From Eledone cirrhosa (Eukaryota): a stretch of DNA of 64,000 nucleotides. Below, piece by piece: positions 28,220 to 43,874 of this stretch. Made by a program: the position numbers and the translations under genes. The DNA lies in NCBI GenBank assembly GCA_964016885.1, contig OZ024741.1:363382001-363446000 (forward strand). Reading direction: 5' to 3'. Within the stretch, counting starts at the first letter, position 1, and each line of letters opens with the position of its first letter. Below the pieces are notes generated by a model that did no database searches, was not told where the DNA came from, and saw nothing but the letters and a program-made list of their open reading frames with translations.

Positions 28220-28458
28220 ATGCATTTTTACATACAGTGATTTAATGCTTATTTTCATTGATCATTTGCTCCAGGAAATTGTTGAGTGCTCTAAATCAGC
28301 TATAAACATTTATAGCCTTTTCTAATTATTTATTTATTTATTATTTGTCGTATTCCCAACTTTTTATTTTTATATATATAATATTTAATGTATTTTTTTT
28401 AATATATATATGTGTGTGTGTGTGTGTGTTTGTGTATATGTATGTATATATATGTGTA

Positions 28459-28496
<38 letters not shown>

Positions 28497-28857
28497 TATA
28501 TATATATGTATGTATGTGTATGTGTATGTATATGTATGTGTGTGTGTGTATGTATTTATTTTTACGTATGTATGTGTATGTGTAATTGCGTGTATTGCTT
28601 ACCACGTGTTTTTATTCATTTATTTGTTGCCTGTATCGCTGTCAACTTTATAATAATTTTTTATTCATTTTTATTCTTATGTGACGGTATTTTTATTATT
28701 ATATTTTTTCTTATAATTATTTGTGTGTGTGCGTATGTAGGTGTGTGTACATATATCTATATTTGTGCATGCGTATGTATGCGTGTATATATAGGTGTGT
28801 ATGTATGTCTGTGTATGTACGTGTGTATATAGGTATGTATATATATATATATATTCC

Positions 28858-29075
28858 TAACGATCGACTTTCGTCAAATCGGACCGAGGAAACAGTGTTT
28901 CCATTGGTCTTTCCAATTGCTAATACTATCTATCGGTCGCAACTTCAAATAGAAGGAGCAACGTGAAATAAAGTGCCTTGCTCAAGGACATAACGCATCA
29001 CCCGGTCCAGGAATCGAACTCACAACCTCACGATTGCGAATCCAGTTCTCTAACCACTCAGCCATACGCCTTCAC
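28858..29075 (-). mobile_element. tRNA-derived SINE (second family)
   Basis: Minus strand has A-box TGGCTGAGTGG, B-box GAGTTCGATTCC, then GTCCTTGAGCAAGGCACTT. Related copies near 50420-50632 and 59640-59820. Confidence 0.8.
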
Positions 29076-29115
29076 TATATATATATATATATATGTAAAT
29101 ATATATGTATATATG

Positions 29116-29201
<86 letters not shown>

Positions 29202-30273
29202 TGTGTGTGTTTGTGTATTTGTGTGTATGTGTATGTAGGGATATGTTGATATATATGTGTGTATGTATGTATGTGTATATGTATGTGTATGTATATATTT
29301 ATATACATAATATATAAGATAAAAAGATGGTTAAAAGAGTTCCATGTATTTTATTATGCGCATTTCAAAAACAAATATAATCATTCGATGACATTTGCGT
29401 TTTCGTCAGATAAAATGGGGAGACATGATATGAAGGTTAACACTTGTGAATAGTGCAGTTTTAAATCAACATATGAAAAGTAGTTTTAGATTGATGTGTG
29501 ATATTGGGGAAAAAATGAGGGGGGTGGGGGTGGAAAGGATGAAAACGAGGAGGAGATGAGAGTAAAGAATGGAGGGGGAGGAGTATAATAAGGAAGGATG
29601 AGATAGGAGGAGAGATGGGTGATAGAGAGAGAGAGAGATAGCTTTTATAACTGAGAAAAATATATTGTTTTACAGAGAGAGGTTAAAAAACCGTTGGAAG
29701 ATAATATATAAATTAAAAGAATTTGAAAGTTAACGAAGAGAAAAATTTAAGAATGTTAAATTAAGGTTTGTATATTGAAGGGTTTAATAATATGTGCGAT
29801 GAAAAGAAATTGTTAATATGTATTAAGAATAATATTAAATTAAGGTTTGAATATTGAAGGGTTTAATAATATGTGCGATGGAAAGAAATTGTTATGTATT
29901 ATTAAAATAAAAATAGTAATGTAATTAAGGATATAGTGTGAAAAGAAGTAGAGGAGTGGATGAATTATGAATTTAGAGGAATTAGTTAGTGTTTAAGTTT
30001 GTTTTTATGTAATGTAATATGTATGTGTAATATATGTAAATAGTTTGTTTACAAATGAGCGCAGAAAGCAAAGGAGATAGTGTTTAAGGAGAAGACCTTA
30101 ACATCAAAATATGTATTGGAATAAATGCTCTGAAATAGCGATATATATGTGAATATAGACATAGAATATTCGAAAATATTCTGTATGTTTATAATAAACA
30201 TTTTGAAGACCTAATCGCTATAGAATAGAATACGTCACGTATTACAATTAGATTCTCGATAAAAGCAAGGGAA

Positions 30274-30316
30274 GTAATCTACGCGTTTCATTCTCGTTAG
30301 AAATCATCAGGACTAC
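30274..30316 (-). ncRNA. Minimal hammerhead ribozyme (inverted copy)
   Basis: Reverse complement of 30524-30566. Confidence 0.85.
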
Positions 30317-30523
30317 ATATCCAGTGCTTTTATCGAGAATGACACAGCTAGAGACTTATAGAATACTTAGCTGTGTACAGGAACTGGTTTGCTATTTCAG
30401 AGCATTTATTCCAATTTCTAATTTCTGCCGGACCGGCAACCGCTCTTTCAAACCAGTTCCTGTACACAGCTAAGTATTCTATAAGTCTCTAGCTGTGTCA
30501 TTCTCGATAAAAGCACTGGATAT

Positions 30524-30566
30524 GTAGTCCTGATGATTTCTAACGAGAATGAAACGCGTAGATTAC
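30524..30566 (+). ncRNA. Minimal type I hammerhead ribozyme, copy 1
   Basis: GTAGTC-CTGATGA-T-TTCT-AACG-AGAA-T-GAAA-CGCG-TA-GATTAC, with palindromic helix III ACGCGT. Confidence 0.88.
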
Positions 30567-30833
30567 TTCCCTTGCTTTTATCGAGAATCTAATTGTAATA
30601 CGTGACGTATTCTATTCTATAGCGATTAGGTCTTCAAAATGTTTATTATAAACATACAGAATATTTTCGAATATTCTATGTCTATATTCACATATATATC
30701 GCTATTTCAGAGCATTTATTCCAATTTCTAATTTCTGCCGGACCGGCAACCGCTCTTTCAAACCAGTTCCTGTACACAGCTAAGTATTCTATAAGTCTCT
30801 AGCTGTGTCATTCTCGATAAAAGCACTGGATAT

Positions 30834-30876
30834 GTAGTCCTGATGATTTCTAACGAGAATGAAACGCGTAGATTAC
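30834..30876 (+). ncRNA. Minimal type I hammerhead ribozyme, copy 2
   Basis: Same sequence as copy 1, +310 bp. Confidence 0.88.
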
Positions 30877-31143
30877 TTCCCTTGCTTTTATCGAGAATCT
30901 AATTGTAATACGTGACGTATTCTATTCTATAGCGATTAGGTCTTCAAAATGTTTATTATAAACATACAGAATATTTTCGAATATTCTATGTCTATATTCA
31001 CATATATATCGCTATTTCAGAGCATTTATTCCAATTTCTAATTTCTGCCGGACCGGCAACCGCTCTTTCAAACCAGTTCCTGTACACAGCTAAGTATTCT
31101 ATAAGTCTCTAGCTGTGTCATTCTCGATAAAAGCACTGGATAT

Positions 31144-31186
31144 GTAGTCCTGATGATTTCTAACGAGAATGAAACGCGTAGATTAC
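31144..31186 (+). ncRNA. Minimal type I hammerhead ribozyme, copy 3
   Basis: Same sequence as copy 1, +620 bp. Confidence 0.88.
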
Positions 31187-31813
31187 TTCCCTTGCTTTTA
31201 TCGAGAATCTAATTGTAATACGTGACGTATTCTATTCTATAGCGATTAGGTCTTCAAAATGTTTATTATAAACATACAGAATATTTTCGAATATTCTATG
31301 TCTATATTCAAAATATGTATGTTTATGAAGTATTTCCTAATAGTAATAATATAATGTAATGAAGGAGATTAGTTAGTTTAAGTTTGTTTTTATGTGTTGT
31401 GATGTGTAATATACACACATACACACACATACATCACAACACATAAACATTTTTACTTGTAGTTAATAAGTTAAATTGCTATGAACAACTCGATAATTAT
31501 AAGTTACCTCCCCTACATTGTCTCTCAATTAAAACAAATTTAAAAATTAGCACTTAACTATAACCACCCACAATTTCTAATCTCTCGAGAAGTTACTTCC
31601 CCTGAAACCACCCTCTAATTAGTAAGGTAAATATGCCCTTTGGCAGCCATCTTGTTACCCATAGGCAGATCTCACACAATGCAGCCTCGACAGATGAATA
31701 CTGCTTGATTATGGCTGACAACTGATGCAACCATGACACCATAATAAAAACCAATACATGGAACATTATATTATGTAACATTATCTCATTATTTTAATTT
31801 ATATTCCTTTGAA

Positions 31814-31933
31814 GTTCCGATGAGCCGCTCTGTCTTTTAAATATGTTAATTATTTTCAACTGAACCAGATCAATTATGATATATAGTCATCTGATCCAGA
31901 AATATTATATGGAGTAGCGAAACAATTGTAAAC
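31814..31933 (+). ncRNA. Degenerate hammerhead with extended stem II
   Basis: GTT-CCGATGA-GCCGCTCT...(~80 nt)...GGAGTAGC-GAAA-CAATTG-TA-AAC, with palindrome ACAATTGT. Confidence 0.45.
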
Positions 31934-32279
31934 GGACATTATTATTATTAATATTATTATTATCATTCTCTACATTCCTTACATCAAACTAAAATATATT
32001 GACAATATTTTAATAATGTCTTCCTTGTGAAATTTGTGGTCTTGTTTTGCTTAACTAATGAATATTTCCAGCTCTGCGCACCTAACTTCTGCATGAACCC
32101 AGCCACCTAGCTGCTTTCTACTGCATATTGCACATTGAGCACATGCATTTACGCTTTGGCTCCTAACTACTTCACCAAGCTCTCCTCTCATATCTCCTCT
32201 CCTATCTCCATCTCTCTCTTTAAGATTGGTTACTCTTGAACTGTGTATATATATATATATATATACTTTATTCTTAACT

Positions 32280-32827
32280 CTGAAGCGGAGATTCATTCGG
32301 TTTCCGAGTTAGAATTTTAGTCTACGACTTCAGCTATACCATTTACGTGGTTTTGTCTTTGCGTGCAATTGTTCTCCACGGTCCACATATGACGTATTAC
32401 CTTCGTTTTTTCCGTGCATTGCCAGAGAACGTCTCTATGAACCACCTAAGAGAACATTAGTCTACGACTTCTTTTATACCATAAACGTGGTTCTGTCTTT
32501 GCGCGTAATTGTTTTTCACCGCTCCTATTAATGACGTATTATATTCGTTTTCCCCCGTTCTTTGCCAGCGAACGTTTCCACAAACCAAAGTATCGTCTTC
32601 CTGTCTTCCTCCGGTTGCAACGTTTTTTGAAATATTCACTTCTGCGTTTTCAGATTGACTTTGTTAGTTTCAGAAGATCCCGTTAAGGGTGAAAGCAGCG
32701 TTTCTTTGTTTAAACTTTAATCTGTTATTTTAATAAATATTTGCTCTACGGTTCTTATATATTTGATATATATTTATCCTTATCGAGCCCTCTTTGGATT
32801 TTAGTCTTCAAATTTATTATTATTACT

Positions 32828-32828
<1 letters not shown>
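32280..32828. mobile_element. Helitron-family internal fragment with a ~140-bp duplicated subrepeat
   Basis: Shares GAAGATCCCGTTAAGGGTGAAAGCAG and GGTTCTTATATATTTGATATATATTTATCCTTATCGA with the 14111-14890 element. Confidence 0.6.
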
Positions 32829-34003
<1,175 letters not shown>

Positions 34004-35358
34004 GCCTGACTAGCACGCAACATGGCTTCCGCCCAGGAAGAAGCTACCTTACACAGCTGCTACATCACTACGACTAGGTACTGAGACAACTACTAGACAG
34101 CTCACATGTGAACGTGATATATCTTGACTTTGCAAAGGCCTTTGACAAGGTCGACCACGGAATGATATGTCACAAACTACACGGACTCGGCATAACTGGA
34201 AAAGTAGGTGAGTGGCTGCATGACTTCCTAAAGGACAGAAGCCAGGCAGTCGCAGCAAATGGGGCCCTCTCAAAGGAAACACCAATAATAAGTGGGGTGC
34301 CCCAGGGGACAGTCCTGGGACCACTACTGTTTTTGGTGGCTCTCTCGGACATGCCCACTGTGGTACATACAACAACATCCCTCACTAGCTATGCTGATGA
34401 CACTAAGGTAGCACAGGCAATCAAAAACCCGGCTGACGCTGCCCTTTTACAGCAGGATCTGGATGCCATATACAAATGGGCGGAAGAAAACAACATGCAG
34501 TTTAATGCTGGCAAATTCCAAGCCCTACAATACAAACCTGCAAACACAAATATAGCGGAACACAACTACACAGGACCAGGAGGAACCGTTATCCCCGTGT
34601 CAAAATCGATACGAGACCTGGGCATAGACATGAGCGATGATGCATCTTTTTCTTCACACATCATGAAGGTGGCGACAGCATGTAGACGATTCGCTGGCTG
34701 GATCTTGAGGACTTTCCGGACAAGAGATCGAGACACCATATTGACACTATGGAGGACATTTGTCCTAAGCTGCCTGGACTACTGCTCCCAGTTGTGGTCA
34801 CCCCATAGTGTCAAACTAACCACGGAGCTTGAGGCTATCCAGCGAAGCTACACCAAGAGGATTGCCACGATCAAGGAGACAAGCTACTGGGAGAGGCTAA
34901 AGGAACTGAACCTCTACTCCTTGGAACGAAGACGGGAGAGATACGCAGTGATCTACATGTGGAAAATCCTGGAGGGATTAGCACCAAACTTTGGCATTGG
35001 AGCTGGACCAACCGTCGAACAGGACGTCACTGTGTGGTGCCAAAGGTCCCGTCTTCCACATCTAGAATAAGGAGCAGGTATTGCAATAGCCTGGGATTCA
35101 CGGGCCCTCAACTCTTCAACAGGCTGCCGAGGCATCTGAGAGATTTGCATGACGTGGAGGTGGATGTCTTCCAGAAACATCTCGATACCTTGTTATCCCG
35201 GATGAGCCCACAGCAAGGCATGAGGGAAACCTAAGGGCAGCAGCAACAAAATCCCTCTTACACCAGTGGCCAACCTATACAGGCTGGCGATAAAATGTGT
35301 AGCAACAAGGGCGGTGCCCCAGCATGGCCTCAGTCGGATGGCTGAAACAGGTAAAAGA
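34004..35358 (+). mobile_element. 5'-truncated CR1/L2/Jockey-group LINE (RT to 3' end)
   Basis: [64 protein letters not shown]. Flanked by TA arrays on both sides. Confidence 0.9.
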
Positions 35359-35381
35359 GTATATATATATATATGTATATA

Positions 35382-37764
<2,383 letters not shown>

Positions 37765-37981
37765 GTAATAATAAATTTGAAGACTAAAATCCAAAGAGGG
37801 CTCGATAAGGATAAATATATATCAAATATATAAGAACCGTAGAGCAAATATTTATTAAAATAACAGATTAAAGTTTAAGCAAAGAATCGCTGCTTTCACC
37901 CTTAACGGGATCTTCTGAAACTAACAAAGTCAATCTGTAAACGCAGAACTGGATATTTCAAAAAACGTTGTAACCGGAGGA
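37765..37981. repeat. Inverted copy of about 32607-32828 (Helitron-family fragment)
   Basis: Reverse-complement match, e.g. AAATTTGAAGACTAAAATCCAAAGAGGGCTCGATAAGG. Confidence 0.85.
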
Positions 37982-38287
37982 ATATATATATGTATATAGA
38001 ATTCACAGGAATCAAAGTTATGTTCAGACCATTTATTAGCTTACAATTGTTTCATCCAAACCGAGGCTTGGTGTCTTCGGAGCATTTTCCAATGTTTGTA
38101 TACATACATGACCTCCTTTCCAACGCAAGAGACATACAGATACATATGTATATATTGATGCACAGTGGGGTGACATATATTATATTATTTCTGAATGACA
38201 ATTTAAATTCAAAAATTAAAATCATATTAAAACAGAATCAAAGCAAAATTAAAATTAAAATACAACATCAGCAGTTAACGTAGATAA

Positions 38288-39778
38288 TGTAAGAGGATAG
38301 TTTGTTAGTCAGTTGTAGTAGTTATTGTATGCATTAGTTACACGTGGGGCATGCACGTGTGTCTTATTTATATATGATTATTGTGCGGCAGGGTGTTATA
38401 TGCAATACAAGCACTTTAAGCGGGTAATCAAGAGTATTATGGAGGTTGTAGTGGTAAGGTATTTTTTGTGTATGATAAAGAAGCTTGTGTGCAGAGAAAT
38501 AGTATAAATGAGAAGCAAAATAATGTTATGGTTTTTGTATACACCACCATTTTCACAATTCAGGAAACGTAATATATAGTTTATATGTCCTTCACATAAT
38601 TAACGATGGTTCCGTATTGGCTGTTTGATGTATTAAGTTAAATTATTATAGCTTGTTGCGGCTCAGTGTTCTTTAATCCAATTTTATAGAGCAGGTTGTT
38701 TCTGTTGCGAGAATTTACATCGTTTTATTATCCGGAAGTATGTGTGTGATTAAGGGGGGGTTAATGCGTGAGGGGAGGTAACTAGCTGATTTCTATAACT
38801 AAATTGATTATTCCAACATATATTAAAAGGTGTCTCAATTGAGTCCCTTATATATACGGTTATATACAGTTTCCAAATTTAACTATCCTATCTTTAATTA
38901 CAGTCTACTCTATCATGAAGTACTAAAGGTATCTATATTAGGATGATTACTCCCTATCATAGAGTGCTACAACTGAATATTCCATACGAAGAGTCAGATC
39001 TACATATCAAAGTTTTTTCTCCTGTTTGTAAATGACTTTCGTGTGTTTTTTGTTTTTACTGATTTTCTTCAACAACACACCTAGACATATCTATCTTCAT
39101 TTCAGATGCACCTAGATCGTTCAATCTTAGCTTTCTCACTGGAAGGGGGGTACTATAACGGCGGCAAAGATTCAAAACCGAATCTGAGCTTTCCCGCCTC
39201 TGAGACAAGCAGTGGTAAGTTGTTTACGCTCAAGAGACTAACCCCTTGGGGAAGGCTAAACACAGGTCAGAGGTGTTTACGCCTGACAGAAAATAGGTCA
39301 GAGGATATATCCATCTTTCTGACTTGTTTACGCTTGGCAAACTAATCCCTTGGGAGACTAACCAAAGTTCAGAGGATATATCTATCCTTCTAACTTCAAC
39401 TCTTATAAATACAGGGGTTGTTTACACCCCGACAGAAAAGAAGTGATATACAGACAAGACAAGTCACATTTACAAGCTCTCGTCACGGAAAACTAGTCTG
39501 CCACTTATTCTCAACTTCCTGGCTGATCGCTGACTCCTGCAATACAAATAAGTAAATATACTGATACGCCCACACGCATTCATAGTGAGTTCAGTATTTT
39601 TACACGCACCATTTCTGTTTACACATATTGTACCTTTCTGATACAGTACAAATTATATTATAATCGTATTCTGTGATACTTGAAGACTGAACTGGGGATT
39701 CATGTTATCAACAGGATTCCGCTCTGCGCCTTGACCCGGTGTGGTACGAGTAGTAAGCCATTTGTTGTGCCCCTAACA
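38288..39778 (+). mobile_element. Possible solo LTR
   Basis: TGTAAGAGG...CCCCTAACA termini, internal GAGACTAACC / CAGAGGATATATC subrepeats, TATAAATA at about 39404. No clear TSD. Confidence 0.3.
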
Positions 39779-40630
39779 CAACTGAAATGCCCTCATATGC
39801 ATGCATGTGCTTGCTTGTATCTGCAGGCATATATATGCTTATGTCCTGTAACTTAGTGATTTGACAAAAAAAGCGATCGATAAAATAAGTACTAGACTTG
39901 GGAAACGACTTAATAAAGGCGGTGTCACAGTCTAATGATTGAAACTAATAAAATAATAAAGAATATACTTACAAGTGAAGAAAAATAAACCTTTCATGTA
40001 TGTTACAGTTGAATTTCATGCACTAGTGTTCAAATATATAAGTAACCTTATATATATAAAACACGCATTGTAATATTTAATGTTAAGTAACTCTTTGAAG
40101 TTGTAATATTATCAGTATACAAGTGTTTGACAATTAAGTGTAGAAGATTAAAATTAAATTGTTGAACATGTTATCGGTCACTAAAATATGTAGGACACAC
40201 TGTAGGTTAAGTATAATCTTGAAATGTAGCAACTTGTAGGGAGAGTATGTATAAATTAGTAATCAGTTGACAAGAAGAGCTATGTTGTTGACCTCTTTTT
40301 CTTGGCCACTGTGACTGGGAGGAAAGTATCTTCAAACTGGAGAGCTAGCCTGAATGCTTGCAACAAAGTGGACTAAAAGCATACAAGGATTGAGTGGTTG
40401 TGTAAAACTGGATGACGGATTATGTCTACCACTCAAGGAGACAACAGCAGGATTTGACCTCGTAAAGCAAAGGGCTGTAACAAATACTGCAAGGCATCTC
40501 ATTCCACACTAATAATATCCATACATATCTTGGGTGATCTTTATTGTGACGATGGGTGCTTAACCCTACCCAACATCAACACATGTGTGAAAGATGGATT
40601 AAGAAGAAACTTCACAGCATCTTTAAGAAC

Positions 40631-43345
40631 ATCATCATCATCATCATCTTCGTTTAACGTCCATTTTCCATGCTAGCATGGGTTAGACAGGAGTTGTCCC
40701 ACTTGAGGCAAGGTTGGTCGGGTGACCATGTCTCGCTCATATAGGACTACCTGGCAGGTTTTCTACGGCTGGATGCCCTTCCTAACACCAACCACATTTA
40801 CAGTGTGGAAAGGGGAACTTTTTACCATGTTACCTACACGACCACATTACAGCGTGGACTGTGTGTTTTTTTTTCGTGACACCTACACGATCTCGATCTC
40901 ATTATCTCATTTATTTGGACTGGATGTTGTGGTACCAACTTTATAGAGAGAGGGTGGTGTTAGTGGGAGTGGGAGGATAGGGTAGGGGTAGTGGATTGGG
41001 GTGTATATTTGGTTAAGAGGTACCTACTGACTGTAGGTTTCGCTTTGTACATAGGCAAGGCGGGTCTTCTGTATTACTGCGTAGCGCCAAAGATCTCGGT
41101 CCAGTGACATTGTCTTGGAGAGGTGTAAGTGTGTGAGGTCGGATTTTATCAAGTCGTCCCAGGTTTTTCTGGGTCTGCCTACTCCGTAGCTACCGTCTAT
41201 TTTGATCGCCCTGCACTTTTTTATACAGCTGTCATCTTTCATGCGCATCACGTGGCTATACCAACGTAGTCTTCTCTCGAGTAAACAGCATCTGATCCCT
41301 CTTATTCCTAATTTCTCACTTAGTTCATTTATGCTTTGCCGTTCACGTATATTGCTATTACACATCCAACGGAGCATGCATGCTTCGTTCCTTTCCAGTC
41401 TGCGCAGGTCCTTTGCACGCAATGCCCATGTCTCACTGCCATGTAGCATTGCTGTTCGTATACAAGCATCATACAATCTGCCTTTCATTTTTAGTGAGAA
41501 ACCTTTTGTGGCCAACAGCGTTATAAGCTCTCTGAACTTTTCCAATCCCGTTCTGACTCTGGCTACTGTACTTTCAGAACATCCTCCACCACTGCTGATT
41601 TCATCACCCAGGTAATGGAAAGCGTCTACTATTTCTATAGAACCATCTGGGCAATAGAAGGGGCTAGTATCCTGTGGACACTTGCTACCTATTGCACCTG
41701 AGCATCGGCCACATATAAAGTCTACGTTCTTAGATAGTTTACCTGTGATCCCACTACATCTTTTATGTACCCATACTTTGCATTTGAGACATAAAATTGA
41801 ATTTCTGCCTACTCCTTTCCTACACACAGAGCAAGGCCATTTCCCTGAGGGTACCTGTGCCTTATTTTCCTTTCTACAAACTAGGACTTTAGTCTTAGAC
41901 AAGTTAACTTTAAGGCCTTTTGATTCTAGGCCATGCTTCCATGTTTGAAATTTCTTTTCTAGTTCAGCCATTGATTCAGCTATGAGCGTTAGATCATCTG
42001 CATATAGGAGTTCCCATCGGCAGCCAGTCTTGAACTCCTCTGTTATAGCCTGAAGGGCAATAATAAATAGGAGGGGGCTAAGGACAGAGCCTTGGTGAAC
42101 ACCAACTTTTACACTAAATTCTTCACAATATTCATTGTTAATTCTAACCTTACTGACTGTTTCATTATACATAGCTTGTATAGCTCTCACAAGCCATTCA
42201 TCTACACCTAGTTTTCTAAGAGCCCACCAGATAATGGAGCGGGGGACTCTGTCAAAGGCTTTTTCCAGGTTTACAAAAGCTAAGTAGAGGGGTTTACTTT
42301 TAGCTAGGTACTTCTTTTGTAGTTGTCGTACAAGGAAAAGAGCGTCTGTGGTACTTTTACCTTACACAAACCCAAACTGCATTTCATCTAGATCAATTCG
42401 CTCTCTGATGAGTTGCACTATAACTCTTTCTGTGACCTTCATGACCTGGTCAACTAACTTAATGCCTCTATAGTTCCCTCTATCTAGAGCATCTCCTTTA
42501 CCCTTGTAACAGTTAATGATGATGATGCTACGCCAGTCTTTTGGTATAACCCCATTCTGTATTACTTGGTTAACTATACGGGTGACCATAGTATGTCCCA
42601 CCATTCCAGATGCCTTCAACATCTCAGCAACTATCTCCAAAGGCCTAGCTGCCTTGTCTGTCTTCATATCTTTGATTGCCTTACTTATTATACTACCTTT
42701 AACTTGCACCGCTGGTCCTTCTATTGGATCGATTTGGGGCAGACTATCTTTTTCCCACTTATTCTCCTCATTTAATAGTCTCTTGTAGTGACACTTCCAG
42801 GCTATCTTCTTATCAGCATCAGTGAGGGCAAGTACACCGTTATCATTATGGACACACTTCTCCCCGACAATATCACGGTTTTCCTTGACACATTGTCTAG
42901 CAATCCTGAACACCTCACGTTTTTGGTCCTCACGTTGTAGAACATGCTTGAACTTTCTATCCTCTGCTTCCCTTTTTGCAAGGTACACTTGTCTCCTAGC
43001 TTTTCTCCTGACCACTTGATAGTGCTCTCTACTTCCCCCATCCTGCCATACTTTCCAAGCCTGCTTTTTGGCCTTGATTGTCTCTTCTACCTTACTGTTT
43101 CACCACCAAGTTACTCTCCTCCTGCCAATAGGTCTGCTCCAGCCACAGATTTCATCCGTTGCTTTCAGCAGGTTCACTTTCAAGAATTGCCACTGTTCCT
43201 CTATATCGCACGTCTCTAATTGCTCTTTCTTATTGTCAAAGGCATCAAGTAATAAGCTTTTAAATTTGTCACTGGCTATGGGGCCCTTCAACTTCCATAT
43301 TCTTCTCCTCAAGGTAGGCCTCCTCTGTCGTCGAGTACGTCTAAC
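40631..43345 (-). mobile_element. 5'-truncated RTE-clade LINE with PHD-like finger, 3' UTR and (GAT)n tail
   Basis: ORFs 43100-43354, 42362-43015 and 41024-42190: YKGKGD..RGNYRGIKL, QFGF, VGVHQGSVLSPLLF, LLYADDL, AMLHGSETW, GRPRKTW. Confidence 0.92.
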
Positions 43346-43674
43346 ATATAACAAATTATTTGGATGTTACAGTTGACTTTCCCAGGTCTCTTTATTACCC
43401 ATATCCCCACCCAAATGAATCACTCAATTATATACATAGACATGTTAACAATCCCAGGCATAAAATTCAAAGCCTAATCCTGAACATCTCACTTTGACTT
43501 TCTAAACTCTTGGCTAATGAATAGATTTTCTGAAATATGTATATAACATTATAATGATGCATTAAACATAAGATCTATTACACAACATCTATTCTTTTGT
43601 CCCAATAAAACGAATACAGGATAAAACACATTAGTTGGTACTCACGCCCCTTTAATATCATCGCTTATCCTTAA

Positions 43675-43874
43675 CCCTTCAATGTTCAAACTGGCCAGAA
43701 TTCTCTACTTCTTTTTATTGTAACTGGTCGCTCAAACTAATGTTAAGGTATTGTTCTCAAAATAAATACTTTCAAAATCTCATAGATTCGATATTATGTG
43801 AGATAATTATGCGAGGTAAAGCCTTTACCATGAAAATATAATAGTATATATAGAGTAATGTGAATGCTAAAGGG
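43675..43874. mobile_element. piggyBac-type MITE (TTAA target)
   Basis: TTAA|CCCTT...AAAGGG|TTAA; homologous to the copies at 56866 and 58451. Confidence 0.75.

Larger units (their letters stand above)
30116..31310 (+). mobile_element. Retrozyme-like array: one inverted partial plus three tandem 310-bp HHR monomers
   Basis: Units start at 30391, 30701 and 31011; 30116-30390 is an inverted copy. TCAAAATATGTAT flanks both sides (30104-30116, 31308-31320). Confidence 0.85.

Noticed and set aside
28990-29075. tRNA gene
   Set aside because: A/B boxes run directly into a SINE body with dispersed copies; no complete cloverleaf or terminator seen.
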